A DNA stretch of 63,999 nt, counting the filler. It is 5 parts of 5 records of this genome, joined end to end, with 100 filler letters (N's around TTAATTAATTAA, not from the genome) between each part and the next. Parts side by side here need not be neighbours in the genome. Positions count along the whole stretch, not along the records: positions 22,971 to 50,095 come from DRR723986_3085; 4 more parts are not named here. The stretch is one strand, 5' to 3'. Below are positions 28,015 to 38,273 of this stretch, piece by piece (within the stretch, counting starts at the first letter, position 1; each line of letters opens with the position of its first letter). Below the pieces are notes generated by a model. The model had not been told where the DNA came from. It made no database searches and was given only the letters and a program-made list of their open reading frames with translations. The position numbers and the translations under genes are program-made.

Positions 28015-31000
28015 TTGCCACAGCATTTCAGCAATTCGGAGAAGAAGAGCATGGTCCACGCAGCCGTTCGAATCGCAGTTCCATTTCTGGTCATGATCGT
28101 CCTTCTTCGCCCGGGGGCGGCCACTGCAGACGGGCAAGCACCCCTGGGGCGTTTGGTTGGCCGAGTCGTTGATGCTGCTGGCAGCCCAGTTGAAGGCGCA
28201 ACGGTCTGTCTTTCGGGCAAGAAGAAGCAGATTTGGCCAGTCATCCGATCGCGCGGCCGAGTGTTGGGACAGACAAACTCGCTTGGAGAATTCGAATTAG
28301 AAATCCTGCCTCGAGACCGCGAAATGGTTGCTGATTATTACCCGCACTTGAATTTAGTGGTCGCCTCGCCTGGATACTCTGCCCACGTGGACCAGATACC
28401 GTTGACTCGGATGCAATCAGATGCTCCCGTGCAGATTCGCCTATCGGAGCAGAAGTCTTGCGAGATTGCATTGGTCGATTCAAAGAATGCCAGCGTTGAA
28501 TCTGCGTCCGTCATGCCCGCCGAAGTAGACGGTAAGCAGTTTGCGTTTGGCGAGCTTGACTTTATGGCTGGGGAAACGGATGCGAGTGGCCGGGTCAAGT
28601 TTGGAATGTTGGGCGGCACGCGAGTTACGGCTGTGTATGTCGCATCCGACCAATTGGGAAAGCAATTGCTCAAGGTGGCCGCAAAGCCTTCGGCCAGCAA
28701 CGAGCCGCTGCCTGCGAAGGTGTTTGACGTCAGCGAGAGAACGATCGAGTTGACGTATCCCAACGACTTGCCACCGGAGCAGCGTCCTGATCTAAGTGTG
28801 ATTCGGGGGACATTCATCACGGCTGCAGAGGACCAGTCCTTAGAGTGTGTTTGGGATGACGTCCCAGTGAATACTGACGGGCAATTTCCGGCAGTTAAAA
28901 CCATGGCGGGTTCCACGGTGGTGCGACTGGATGTTCCTGCTGAATTTGGCTTCGCGGTTTCGCTAGCACAGGTGCAAACCAATGGAAAGTTTTCCTCGGT
29001 TGATCTGGTCGCAGCGAATTTGGTCGTTGGCCGGGCGGTAGACTCCGAGACTCGCGAGGGAATCGAAGGGCTGGTTGCGATGAACTTCTCCGGCGACTGG
29101 CGACTAAATTTTACTGACAGCGATGGGCGGTTCTCTTATTGGACGCACGGAGCTTCCGATGGATTCTACCTGCTGGATCCGCAAGGAAAACACATTTCGA
29201 CGCGTGCGTTTTATAGCCGGCCGGAAGCTCTACCGGATGAAGACCGGGTCGTTCGCGTGCCAGAAGAGGCGATGACTCCGATGACCACCGCCCAGGGACT
29301 CGTTCTAGATTCGCAAGGAAAGCCAGCGGCAGGTGTGACAGTTGATGTGGCCTATCAACAAGAGCGGTTCATGAATCGAATGCAACTGTTCACCAATACG
29401 GATGGTCGGTTTGCAATGTACCAAGTTCCTCAAGGCGCAAACTTGACACTGACCGCCTCAGGTGCATCGGAAAGAACGGCTGCGCCAGTTGAATTCAATG
29501 CAGAGCACGATGTCGACGACGGTGAAGTCACGGTTAAGCTCCAGTTGCAGAAAGTGTTTAAGCAGTCTTTCACAGGAAGAATCGTTGATGTCGATGGCAA
29601 GCCGGTTCAGGGGGCTGTCGTCAAGCTTCGCACGTCGACTGCCTACGTAGAAGAGAATTTTAGCTCCGAAGATCGTACTGACTCAGATGTTTTCACCGAT
29701 GGCTCAAAGTCCCAAACGGACGAAAACGGTCGATTTGAGACTCCGCAATCAGCGGCGAAGCTATCAGTTGTCGCCTTCACCGCTTCGGCCCCAGGCTATC
29801 GAGACTTTCACAGCAGGTGGTTCCCTGTCGATCTGCCGTCGCAGACGCGGGTATTTGAGTTGGAATCTGCCAATGGTCCATTTGTGATGCAGGTTTCGCC
29901 AGCCGAGCGGCAAGTTAAGGTTACTCTGCGGGCCAGTGATGGAGCCGAACTTGAACAAGCACAATTCTTGTCCTACGGTCCACACTCAGGGCTCGTTCGC
30001 CAAGCCGATTGTCCGTCGGAGTTCACCGCTGAGTTAAAGGATGGGAAGCAAATCATTGCTGCTCAAGCAAAAGGCTATGCTTCGGACTTTATCCTAGTTG
30101 ACCGGTTAGAAGACGCGTTGGACTCCGGGGCTTTAGTCATTGAACTTCACCCAGAGTCCCCTACTCCCCCGACAAAGCGTCAAGTTGGCAGTACTCCGCT
30201 CGCCAATCACGAACAAGCGGACGTTGATCGGCGGCAACTTGCGCAACAAATGCTAAGTAGACTTGAGCCCGAAGAGGATGCGGAGAGTTGGTACAAGCGG
30301 CAGCTTCGCGGGGAAATTTTACTGTTCACCGATCCGCTCGAATTGGCAAGCCAGACAAAACGAGACAAGGACTGGCGGATGCTTCCATCACCGCCTTATC
30401 AGCCAGTGACCAAGGAATTTGTGTCCTCGGTGCTAGAAGAGCTCGATGAGCCCAACGCCCGCGTCGCCTACTTGGCAGAAGCCGCCAAGTTCGAGACTGA
30501 AGAAACACGGCGTGAGCAAATCCTCGACGAAATCGTGGCGGCTACCAAAGAGTCTAGCGGCAACGAGCAAGCTCGCCTGGTTGCGCGTGCTGCCGGTCTT
30601 CTTATTCGATTCGACAAACAAGCCCGCGCGAAAGCACTGATCGCTGAGGTGTGGGAGCAGCAGTCTGGGCTCAAGGATTTGGTTGCGAGCGGAGTCCGAG
30701 ACGAGGGGTCGCGGGCGCATATAGGCGTCACACGCTATTTTGCACCTGAGCTTGTGCTGGTCGAGCGGCGAACGGCATTTAAGCTGATTGAGCTCGGGGC
30801 AACTGCAAACGAAATCCCTTGGCTCCAATCTCAGGCAGTCCTCTTCCTCGCTAACAGTGGCGACCCAAGCTGGAAACTTGCCTTGCGAGCATTCCTTGGC
30901 GGTAAGCTGCATGGAATCGGGTTGCGAGACTATTTGTCAAAGACGCGATTCACCAACATCGACGAAGGGCGCAAACTTATTCCGTTTCTTGATTCATCTG

Positions 31001-31563
31001 CAGCCAAAGCACAATTGCTGATCCACATGGCCGAACAAACGGACATCGTCAGCGAAGCTAGCCAACTTGAACTGCTGCGAGACGCTCATATACACATCCT
31101 GGAATCGGTGCATTCTCCTGGATTGGAGCATCCAGCATGGCTAGCGGCACAAATTGCGAAGCTCTGCCAAGAATCGGATCCCATCTTAGCTCGACGTGCG
31201 CTGTTTACCGCATTTGCGAAGTGCGAAGGAAGCTACAGCATTTTGCCATTCGACACACTCGCCGGATTACTCGAACGTGTTGCTGCAAACGAACCTGAGA
31301 TCGCACGGCACTTAACGCAGGCCTGCGTCGACGACTGGAGCTGGCTGTACAACGTACGCAACTCAGGACTGATGTTCAGCGGGAATCGGCCCCTGCAAGT
31401 GGCTGCTCGCATCGATCCAACATGGGCAACGCAACTCGCGATCGAACTAATGGACACACACTTGGAACATGACCTGTCACGGCGATTAGCTACCGCATCC
31501 TCGGTCACAGAAGCCTGGCTCAAGGAAGCTGATGAAGCTGCCCGGCAGCTCCCGCGAAAGTGA
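28015..31563 (+). CDS. Large secreted protein with carboxypeptidase-regulatory-like (Cna-B-like) repeats
   Basis: Four G[RL].VD..G.P..GA.V...T...G.F-like units; helical C-terminal part; start may be 28051. Confidence 0.75.
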   Translation: MPQHFSNSEKKSMVHAAVRIAVPFLVMIVLLRPGAATADGQAPLGRLVGRVVDAAGSPVEGATVCLSGKKKQIWPVIRSRGRVLGQTNSLGEFELEILPRDREMVADYYPHLNLVVASPGYSAHVDQIPLTRMQSDAPVQIRLSEQKSCEIALVDSKNASVESASVMPAEVDGKQFAFGELDFMAGETDASGRVKFGMLGGTRVTAVYVASDQLGKQLLKVAAKPSASNEPLPAKVFDVSERTIELTYPNDLPPEQRPDLSVIRGTFITAAEDQSLECVWDDVPVNTDGQFPAVKTMAGSTVVRLDVPAEFGFAVSLAQVQTNGKFSSVDLVAANLVVGRAVDSETREGIEGLVAMNFSGDWRLNFTDSDGRFSYWTHGASDGFYLLDPQGKHISTRAFYSRPEALPDEDRVVRVPEEAMTPMTTAQGLVLDSQGKPAAGVTVDVAYQQERFMNRMQLFTNTDGRFAMYQVPQGANLTLTASGASERTAAPVEFNAEHDVDDGEVTVKLQLQKVFKQSFTGRIVDVDGKPVQGAVVKLRTSTAYVEENFSSEDRTDSDVFTDGSKSQTDENGRFETPQSAAKLSVVAFTASAPGYRDFHSRWFPVDLPSQTRVFELESANGPFVMQVSPAERQVKVTLRASDGAELEQAQFLSYGPHSGLVRQADCPSEFTAELKDGKQIIAAQAKGYASDFILVDRLEDALDSGALVIELHPESPTPPTKRQVGSTPLANHEQADVDRRQLAQQMLSRLEPEEDAESWYKRQLRGEILLFTDPLELASQTKRDKDWRMLPSPPYQPVTKEFVSSVLEELDEPNARVAYLAEAAKFETEETRREQILDEIVAATKESSGNEQARLVARAAGLLIRFDKQARAKALIAEVWEQQSGLKDLVASGVRDEGSRAHIGVTRYFAPELVLVERRTAFKLIELGATANEIPWLQSQAVLFLANSGDPSWKLALRAFLGGKLHGIGLRDYLSKTRFTNIDEGRKLIPFLDSSAAKAQLLIHMAEQTDIVSEASQLELLRDAHIHILESVHSPGLEHPAWLAAQIAKLCQESDPILARRALFTAFAKCEGSYSILPFDTLAGLLERVAANEPEIARHLTQACVDDWSWLYNVRNSGLMFSGNRPLQVAARIDPTWATQLAIELMDTHLEHDLSRRLATASSVTEAWLKEADEAARQLPRK

Positions 31564-31616
31564 TGACACTTACGCTGAAACCATGTGATAGTGGCTTCAG
31601 CTTGTCATGGCGATCA

Positions 31617-32855
31617 TCAGTAGTCACGGCGCAGGTCTTGCACCGGTGGTGCGTTGACGCGGGCGTACCACTCGATCCATGGCGTCTTGTCGTAACCGAA
31701 CGATTGGCCAGTTAGTGTTGTTAGAGCAGAGAGCACGCTGGCATTTTCGATCGGAACGGTCTTCTTGGATTGCCCAGTTGAAAATGTCCCATTGGCCGAT
31801 GCATTTGTGTTCCCGTTGCCAATCGTCACAACTCCGGTAGTGATTAGTTTTTCGATCAATGGTCGGACGACGCCATCGATTCGCAGTTCCGCCATCGCGT
31901 CAGCGGCGCGATTGAGGAACAAATTGTTGCCCGCGTTCAGGTGCCCCATTAGCGTCCCGGTTACGTACTCTTTACCGCGGCGTTGCAATACTCCCAAGCA
32001 AGCGTTGCGAACTTGATCGTTGGGATCCACAATCGCCGAATTTGCGAGTGCGTTTGCGGCAAGTGGGTTTGCGAATCGAGCGAGTAATTCAACATACTTT
32101 AGCTTGAGCCATGGTGGCGTGTCCTTCTTGCCGAGCAACTCGGCCACTCGGCTTGTCGCAAGCGGGTTGTTCAGTTGGCTAATCCCCGACAGTGCCTCTT
32201 GATATCGTCGAGAACCCTGCTTAGTGTATCGGTTTGTTAGAGTGGCGTGCCAGCGATTGAGATCCTTTGTGGCCTCGATGACTTTAGCCTCACGTTCCTC
32301 CTCGGCCCGCTTGATGGCAATCTCTTCAGGGAATTTCCAAATCCGACCGACGCGGACCATCCCATACTCAAGGATGCGGAGTTCATCCTTCTTCCGCCAA
32401 ATTCCATCGGCGTCCTGCTCGTAATCGGCCGCAACCCTCAAACTTGAGTCGTTCGGATCCAGGTCCACTCGGTACTCGTGGATGGCGTCAGCGATGTCGG
32501 TCATCCCCTTGCTGTTGCAGTACTCGACTTGTTGCTGCAAACTTTCCAGGGTTGCTGGCGTGGCCGCTGCGGCGCGTTCGAAGTTAGCCCGATCTTGTGT
32601 GAGCGGTTCGTGGCCGTTGTACTTCAATTCCGACTTGAGGATTTTGATCAGTAGGCCCGGCTCAAGTTCGACAACCCAGGTATCAACTTCTTTGTCGTCG
32701 ACCTTAGTCTTCGTCACCGTGGTCACGCGGCCGTTGATGACGCGACCATCACGAAAGTGGAATAGGTCCGCTTGCGCGACGGAACTTGACATCCCAAGCA
32801 AACAGACCACTGCCATGGCCGACCGCAAAGGCGGCGAAAGTCGAGAACAAAGCAT
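31617..32855 (-). CDS. Secreted HEAT-repeat-containing protein
   Basis: Signal peptide, ADLFHFRDGRVINGRV, D....VR..C/A and RAA.A..EL repeats, LTTLTGQSFGYD...W..W. Confidence 0.75.
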   Translation of the reverse strand: MLCSRLSPPLRSAMAVVCLLGMSSSVAQADLFHFRDGRVINGRVTTVTKTKVDDKEVDTWVVELEPGLLIKILKSELKYNGHEPLTQDRANFERAAAATPATLESLQQQVEYCNSKGMTDIADAIHEYRVDLDPNDSSLRVAADYEQDADGIWRKKDELRILEYGMVRVGRIWKFPEEIAIKRAEEEREAKVIEATKDLNRWHATLTNRYTKQGSRRYQEALSGISQLNNPLATSRVAELLGKKDTPPWLKLKYVELLARFANPLAANALANSAIVDPNDQVRNACLGVLQRRGKEYVTGTLMGHLNAGNNLFLNRAADAMAELRIDGVVRPLIEKLITTGVVTIGNGNTNASANGTFSTGQSKKTVPIENASVLSALTTLTGQSFGYDKTPWIEWYARVNAPPVQDLRRDY

Positions 32856-33368
32856 TTTCGATCCTCCAAGCGGTGGGGGGTAATCGTGCGTGGTGATAAG
32901 TAATAATCGGCGAACCTCAACCGAAGCACCACGACATGCGATTTAGCTTCAGTATCGGTTCTGACTGACGGTTAGCTGCCAGCTCCCTTCACGGTTGCTG
33001 CATTGGCGTTAGGCCGCTGCATTGGCGTCAGACGGCTGCAACGCGTCAGGTGGCAGATGCAAATTTCGGACCCAGTTCGGGCGATTTGACCGCTCTTCCA
33101 GTATATCACGGCAACATGTGTTCAAGATTAAACCTGATCATTCTGGGGCCGTCGCATCTAAAGTGGGAACGAATATTCAGTTTGTCTCGCAAAACGCGGC
33201 ATCAAAACCACTTGGCAACCGTCCGTCGGCCCATCATCCCAGCTCACGGATGCAATTCTCCGGTCCCTTGCGGAAGCGACAAAGCGACACGATAATTCGG
33301 GCGATCCGAACACCAATTGGGCTCGCGCAGCCGCTGGGTTGAATCACAACTGAACAAAGAATCGTTGC

Positions 33369-34628
33369 ATGATTGCACAAGATAAAGCCGCTTCGCTGCC
33401 AGATGAACAGCGCATTGTCATGACCGCTGTCGGGCTGACCAGTCCCTGCGGGAACGATCTCCAGACGCTCCGATCGAGCCTGCTGGATGGGAAAAGTGGC
33501 GTTAAGCCGTACGAGATCCGCTACGTTGGCGACACTTTGGCCGGCATCTGCGACTTTCCCGGAACCCAGTATCAATCCCGCAAAGACGTTCGGCGGGGAA
33601 CTCGCGCGGGCGCAGTCGGGATTTGGGCAGCCAACGAAGCAATTTCGCGCAGCGGTCTTGAGTGGGAGAATGTCGACAAATCACGTGTCGGCATCTACAT
33701 CGGCGTAACCGAACACGGAAACGTCGAAACGGAAAATGAAATCTATCAGATTAAGGGGTTCGACTACGACACGCAGTTCTGGTCCCACCACCACAATCCG
33801 CGAACCGTCGCCAACAATCCCGCTGGCGAAGTAGCGTTGAATCTGAATGTAACCGGACCGCACTACACCATCGGAGCCGCCTGTGCTGCTGGCAATGCCG
33901 GCATTATCCAAGGCGTTCAAATGCTGCGGCTCGGCGAGTGTGACGTCGCGCTCGCCGGCGGTGTGTCGGAGAGCATCCACACGTTCGGCATCTTTGCCAG
34001 CTTCAAGAGTCAAGGTGCGTTGGCGACGCACGACGATCCGGAGAAGGCTTGTCGACCGTTCGACACTGACCGCAATGGTATCGTCGTATCCGAAGGAGCG
34101 TGCATCTATGTTCTTGAACGACTGAGCGACGCAAAGAAGCGTGGCGCTGAAGTTATCGCGGAGATCGTTGCTTACGGCCTCAACACCGACGCAACCGACT
34201 TCGTCCTTCCGAACCCTGAACGTCAGGCGCAGTGCATTGAGTTGGCGCTCGGTCGCGCGGGTTTGCCTGCCGACGAGATTGACATTGTTTCGACCCACGC
34301 CACCGGCACGACAAGCGGTGATGCACAAGAGTGCAAAGCCTTGCGTACTGCGTTCGAAGGGTGTGAGTCGACTCACTTCAACAACACGAAGAGTTTCATT
34401 GGCCACACGATGGGGGCTGCCGGGGCACTTGAACTGGCCGGAAATCTGCCCAGCCTGACCGACGGCGTCTGCCACCCAACAATCAATCTCGACACCTTGG
34501 ACCCTGATTGTGAGCTGGACGGATTGGTCGCCAACCAACCGAAGGAACTCAAGCGAGTGAAGTACATTCTGAACAATTCGTTCGGCATGCTCGGCATCAA
34601 CTCAGTCTTGATTGTGCGACGTGTCTAA
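33369..34628 (+). CDS. fabF: Beta-ketoacyl-ACP synthase (FabF/FabB family), catalytic triad intact
   Basis: AACAAG Cys, THATGT His, KSFIGHTMGAAG His, RPFD..RNG, NSFG. Confidence 0.9.
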   Translation: MIAQDKAASLPDEQRIVMTAVGLTSPCGNDLQTLRSSLLDGKSGVKPYEIRYVGDTLAGICDFPGTQYQSRKDVRRGTRAGAVGIWAANEAISRSGLEWENVDKSRVGIYIGVTEHGNVETENEIYQIKGFDYDTQFWSHHHNPRTVANNPAGEVALNLNVTGPHYTIGAACAAGNAGIIQGVQMLRLGECDVALAGGVSESIHTFGIFASFKSQGALATHDDPEKACRPFDTDRNGIVVSEGACIYVLERLSDAKKRGAEVIAEIVAYGLNTDATDFVLPNPERQAQCIELALGRAGLPADEIDIVSTHATGTTSGDAQECKALRTAFEGCESTHFNNTKSFIGHTMGAAGALELAGNLPSLTDGVCHPTINLDTLDPDCELDGLVANQPKELKRVKYILNNSFGMLGINSVLIVRRV

Positions 34629-36021
34629 TTCTCCTGAGGCACCGAGCTCCGGCGAAGGCAACGACGCCACTAGCCGGTCCACGCCTGCTGGTTTTCCGGT
34701 GCGTCCGTGGTTGCAGCTCACTAGTTGCATTGGTCTGTTCGCGCTTGTATACGCGACTCTGCCACTGTGGTGGAGTGGCAGTGGGCGGATGTTTCCCCGC
34801 TTACCAGCGTTTTCATCGCTCGTGCCCTGGGCCGAAAAAGCAGACCACATCGTGGTGCTCGCACTCGCATGCTCCACCTTCCTGGCTGCATGCATGGCTG
34901 TCTCACGCCTGCGTTCAAGCGACACCTCCCGAACACCGACGATGGAACGCAGTGTTTGGGCTCTAGTATTCGTTTTTGGGGCTTCCGTGGCAGTTTTTGA
35001 CCAGTTTCGCTGGCAGCCTTGGTTCTACCAGTTCTGCTTGACCGCGTTGGTCTTCTCTTTGGCCAGCGCTCGGGCTGGCGTCCGGCTACTACAAGTGCTG
35101 ACCGTTAGCATCTACGTTTATTCGGCCGCAGGAAAACTAGATTTTCAGTTCGTCCACACCGTCGGACAAGACTTCCTGGGCGTTATCCTCAGTTGGTGCG
35201 GTAGCAAGAGGTCCGATTTTGCCGAGGCCGATTTGGTTCGCCTCGCGTTTGCATTCCCCGTGGCGGAGCTGGTTCTCGCGGGACTGCTTGCAGCCAGCAT
35301 GGCCGGTTGGCCAACACGCCGTTTGGCCTGCTTCCTGGCAGTGGTATTCCACCTAGGCCTTGCGGTTGTCTTCTCGCCTCTTGGCCTAGACCATTCGCTG
35401 GGTGTGATCATCTGGAACATTCAGTTCGCTGTTCAAACGCCGCTGTTGTTTTCTGTGTCCGCGAGAACAGAGCACACCGGTGAACCGCAGCGCCCTGGCT
35501 GGTTTGAAGTGGCTGGCGGGCGGTTGGCTCAACTTACAATTGTCCTCGCGTGCCTGTTGCCAATGGTTGAGCGGTTCGGTCTGTGGGATCACTGGACCAG
35601 TTGGGCGCTCTATTCTCCGCACAGCTCGCGTGCCGAAGTCTTTGTCGCTACGTCATCTGTGGACAAGCTGCCGTCGCCATTGCCAGACTTAATTCGCGAT
35701 GCAGTACCCGCGCGCGAGCCGGGAGAGCAGGTGGACTTTGAGGCAATTTGGACGCAAGTCCCCGTCGAGCGCTGGGCCCTGCAAGTCAACGGAGCTCCGT
35801 TGCTGCCACAAGCCCGCAGCGGTGTGACGCTAGCACGATTCTTTCACGATCAACTCGATTCAGAGTATAAGGTGCAAGTCCGCGTTCAGGGGATTTCAGG
35901 GAGATTCGATGGTCAACGCGAGCGGGCGAGAGCTATGAATCTTCAGGAGCTCAAGCGTCTGTCGAAGCAGTTTTGGCTCAACACCGAGCCAGTCATCCTG
36001 GACCTGGAACGCCCGAATTAG
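34621..36021 (+). CDS. Polytopic membrane protein (HTTM/MauE-DoxX-like)
   Basis: Many TM segments; DQFRWQPWFYQ, YVYSAAGKL, WDHWTSWALYS; overlaps fabF stop. Confidence 0.65.
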   Translation: MSNSPEAPSSGEGNDATSRSTPAGFPVRPWLQLTSCIGLFALVYATLPLWWSGSGRMFPRLPAFSSLVPWAEKADHIVVLALACSTFLAACMAVSRLRSSDTSRTPTMERSVWALVFVFGASVAVFDQFRWQPWFYQFCLTALVFSLASARAGVRLLQVLTVSIYVYSAAGKLDFQFVHTVGQDFLGVILSWCGSKRSDFAEADLVRLAFAFPVAELVLAGLLAASMAGWPTRRLACFLAVVFHLGLAVVFSPLGLDHSLGVIIWNIQFAVQTPLLFSVSARTEHTGEPQRPGWFEVAGGRLAQLTIVLACLLPMVERFGLWDHWTSWALYSPHSSRAEVFVATSSVDKLPSPLPDLIRDAVPAREPGEQVDFEAIWTQVPVERWALQVNGAPLLPQARSGVTLARFFHDQLDSEYKVQVRVQGISGRFDGQRERARAMNLQELKRLSKQFWLNTEPVILDLERPN

Positions 36022-36488
36022 CCCTGTTGGTCTATCAGTTCTTTAGCAGCGGCTTCGATCTCGATTGCCGACATGGATCGCAAGAGTTTTGCGATTCCCC
36101 ACACATGCCCGAACGGATCACGCACTCTCGCAAATCTCTCGCCCCAGAACATGTCCGTTGGTTCCAGCAGAACGGTTGCCCCAAGCTGCTTCATGGTTGC
36201 GGTCGTGCTATCGCAATCGTCAACGTAGACATGGATTGCAACTGTCGAATTGCCTGCGGACACCGGGCTTGGCGTTCCACCGTGCTCTGGCAGTTCATCA
36301 CTTAGAAATATCCGCGCTGCACCGATTCGATATTCGCAGTGCATGACCCGGCCATCGGGGAGCAGCAGACAGACGTGCGGCGCAACTCCAAAGACTTGGT
36401 TGTAGAAGTTGATTGCCCCTTTCGCATCATGGACGCTCAAATAAGGAACGAATTCGCACGGATTAGGAGCTTGCGTTTGTTCAGACAT
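36018..36488 (-). CDS. VOC family protein (PhnB-like)
   Basis: PYLSV.DA..AI.FY..VFG, DMFWGERFARVRDPFGHVW. Confidence 0.9.
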   Translation of the reverse strand: MSEQTQAPNPCEFVPYLSVHDAKGAINFYNQVFGVAPHVCLLLPDGRVMHCEYRIGAARIFLSDELPEHGGTPSPVSAGNSTVAIHVYVDDCDSTTATMKQLGATVLLEPTDMFWGERFARVRDPFGHVWGIAKLLRSMSAIEIEAAAKELIDQQG

Positions 36489-36525
36489 AATATCACCCCA
36501 AGTGGAATCTGCTCACCAAATCTAC

Positions 36526-36693
36526 TCAGCCTGCGCCGACGGGCTTAAACCGGCAGTTGTAGCAGAAAAGCCTTTCGACCATAGGAGCTGCTGCCGCATC
36601 CGGGGCAGGTTAACTCCTTTCGCGGTAGAGCCTAAACGCACAGGGTAGCAGTAGCCCCAGAGCAGCAATCGGACTTGCCGAACAGTTGTAGCG
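36526..36693 (-). pseudogene. Possible frameshifted relic of a double zinc-ribbon protein
   Basis: RYNC, YCY(P)C, CPGC and FCYNC knuckles at ribbon-like spacing but in different frames. Confidence 0.35.
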
Positions 36694-37018
36694 GATGCGC
36701 GACTGCCGGAAGTTTTGCCTGGAAGGAGGGTCAGTCGCAAAGGCGTGGTGCTGCGACCTGGGGAGTCTTTTATCGCTGGCCCAGAATTCTGATTCCCGGT
36801 ACCGCGTAGTTGCCGAAGTATGGGAAACGAATCCATCTTTTTCCGTTCGGCCGCGATCTGCAACTCCCATCCAAACTTCTCATGTGTAGTCGCCGCTGGC
36901 TCGCCTGCCGCGGCAACTATCGACGAGAATGCCGCAGGCTGCCAAAACATCAGTTTGCATCGCGACCGGGGAATCCTCCCCCCACACAGCATTACTTCCC
37001 TGAAGTGAAAGAGTCTTT

Positions 37019-38188
37019 ATGCCGCTCCTATCCGGTACCTTAGGATTTGAACGATTCGATATTTCAGATGCATCTCTCGAGCAATTCGAGGAATCGCATC
37101 TGGAGACGCTTGAGCAGTACTCCTTGGAGAACATTCCTCGCCTGGCTGGCAGCGAATTCCACTATGGCTTCATGGCTGGCGACCACATTTTTGATCACCA
37201 CTTCGAATACGGCAAGAACATCATTGGCGATGCGATGCATGCCAGTGTTCGGGTCGACACAGACTCAATTCCAGGAGCAATCCGCCGAGCTTGGTTGCAA
37301 ATCGAACAAGCCGCCCTTCGTGCTCAAAACGATTCAGGTCGTTTGACGAAGACGCAGAAGCAGGAGGCAAAGGACGCGGTTCAGCAGCGGGTGGAAGACG
37401 AGGTTGCGTCGGGCAAGTACCGGCGAATGGCCAATTACCCATTCTTGTGGGACCTGCCGGCCAGCCAGTTGTACATTGGGGCAACCAGCAATGCCGCGGT
37501 TGGGGCAGTGACCGATTTGATGGAACGAGCGTTTTCGCTAGAGTTGAGCCGCAAGAGTGCAGGCAGCATCGCGATCGACTGGGCTCGCGACGCGGGCGTC
37601 TTGGCGGAAATGCAAGACCTGCATCCGGCCAGTTTTGTTGACGAGGTCTCGTTCGCTGACGTTCCGTGGGCGAATGAGTACTCCGACAAACCTGACTTTT
37701 TGGGCAACGAATTCTTTATGTGGCTGTGGTGGCAGTATGTCCAAGTAACGGACACACTGACCGTCAATCAATCGCAAGAGGTCACCTTCATGTTTGCTAA
37801 GACACTCTCGCTAGAGTGCCCGCTAGGCGAACATGGGAAGGAAACGATCTCAAGCGAATCACCGGTTCACTTGGCTGAAGCCGTGCAAGCGGTTCAAACT
37901 GGCAAGTTGCCTCGCAAGGCAGGTTTAACACTAGTCAGCGATGGTGAACAGTTTGATCTCGTGCTACAAGCGGAAACGTTCGGTGTTTCTGGAGCAAAGA
38001 TTCAATCCGATGACTCCGATGCACTTGTCGGTGAAGGACGCGTTGCAGCGATTCGACGATTGACCGAGACGATTGAAGGTCTGTTCCAGTACTTCTGCGA
38101 ACGTCGCGTCGACGATGCCACATGGTCGCACGACCTTGGTGAGATGAAAGCCTGGTTGAGCAGCAGCCGTGAAGCAGTAGCTGCTTAG
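37019..38188 (+). CDS. RdgC-like recombination-associated protein
   Basis: RVDTDSIPG, QKQEAKDAV, DFLGNEFFMWLW, GKLPRKAGL pattern recalled from RdgC-like proteins. Confidence 0.65.
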   Translation: MPLLSGTLGFERFDISDASLEQFEESHLETLEQYSLENIPRLAGSEFHYGFMAGDHIFDHHFEYGKNIIGDAMHASVRVDTDSIPGAIRRAWLQIEQAALRAQNDSGRLTKTQKQEAKDAVQQRVEDEVASGKYRRMANYPFLWDLPASQLYIGATSNAAVGAVTDLMERAFSLELSRKSAGSIAIDWARDAGVLAEMQDLHPASFVDEVSFADVPWANEYSDKPDFLGNEFFMWLWWQYVQVTDTLTVNQSQEVTFMFAKTLSLECPLGEHGKETISSESPVHLAEAVQAVQTGKLPRKAGLTLVSDGEQFDLVLQAETFGVSGAKIQSDDSDALVGEGRVAAIRRLTETIEGLFQYFCERRVDDATWSHDLGEMKAWLSSSREAVAA

Positions 38189-38273
38189 GGCGAGCTGCAC
38201 AGGCAATTCGAAGCGCGCGTGCTGCGGCAGCAACCACTGCAGCAGTGCGGGGCTGGGGACGTCGCCAGAAAAA

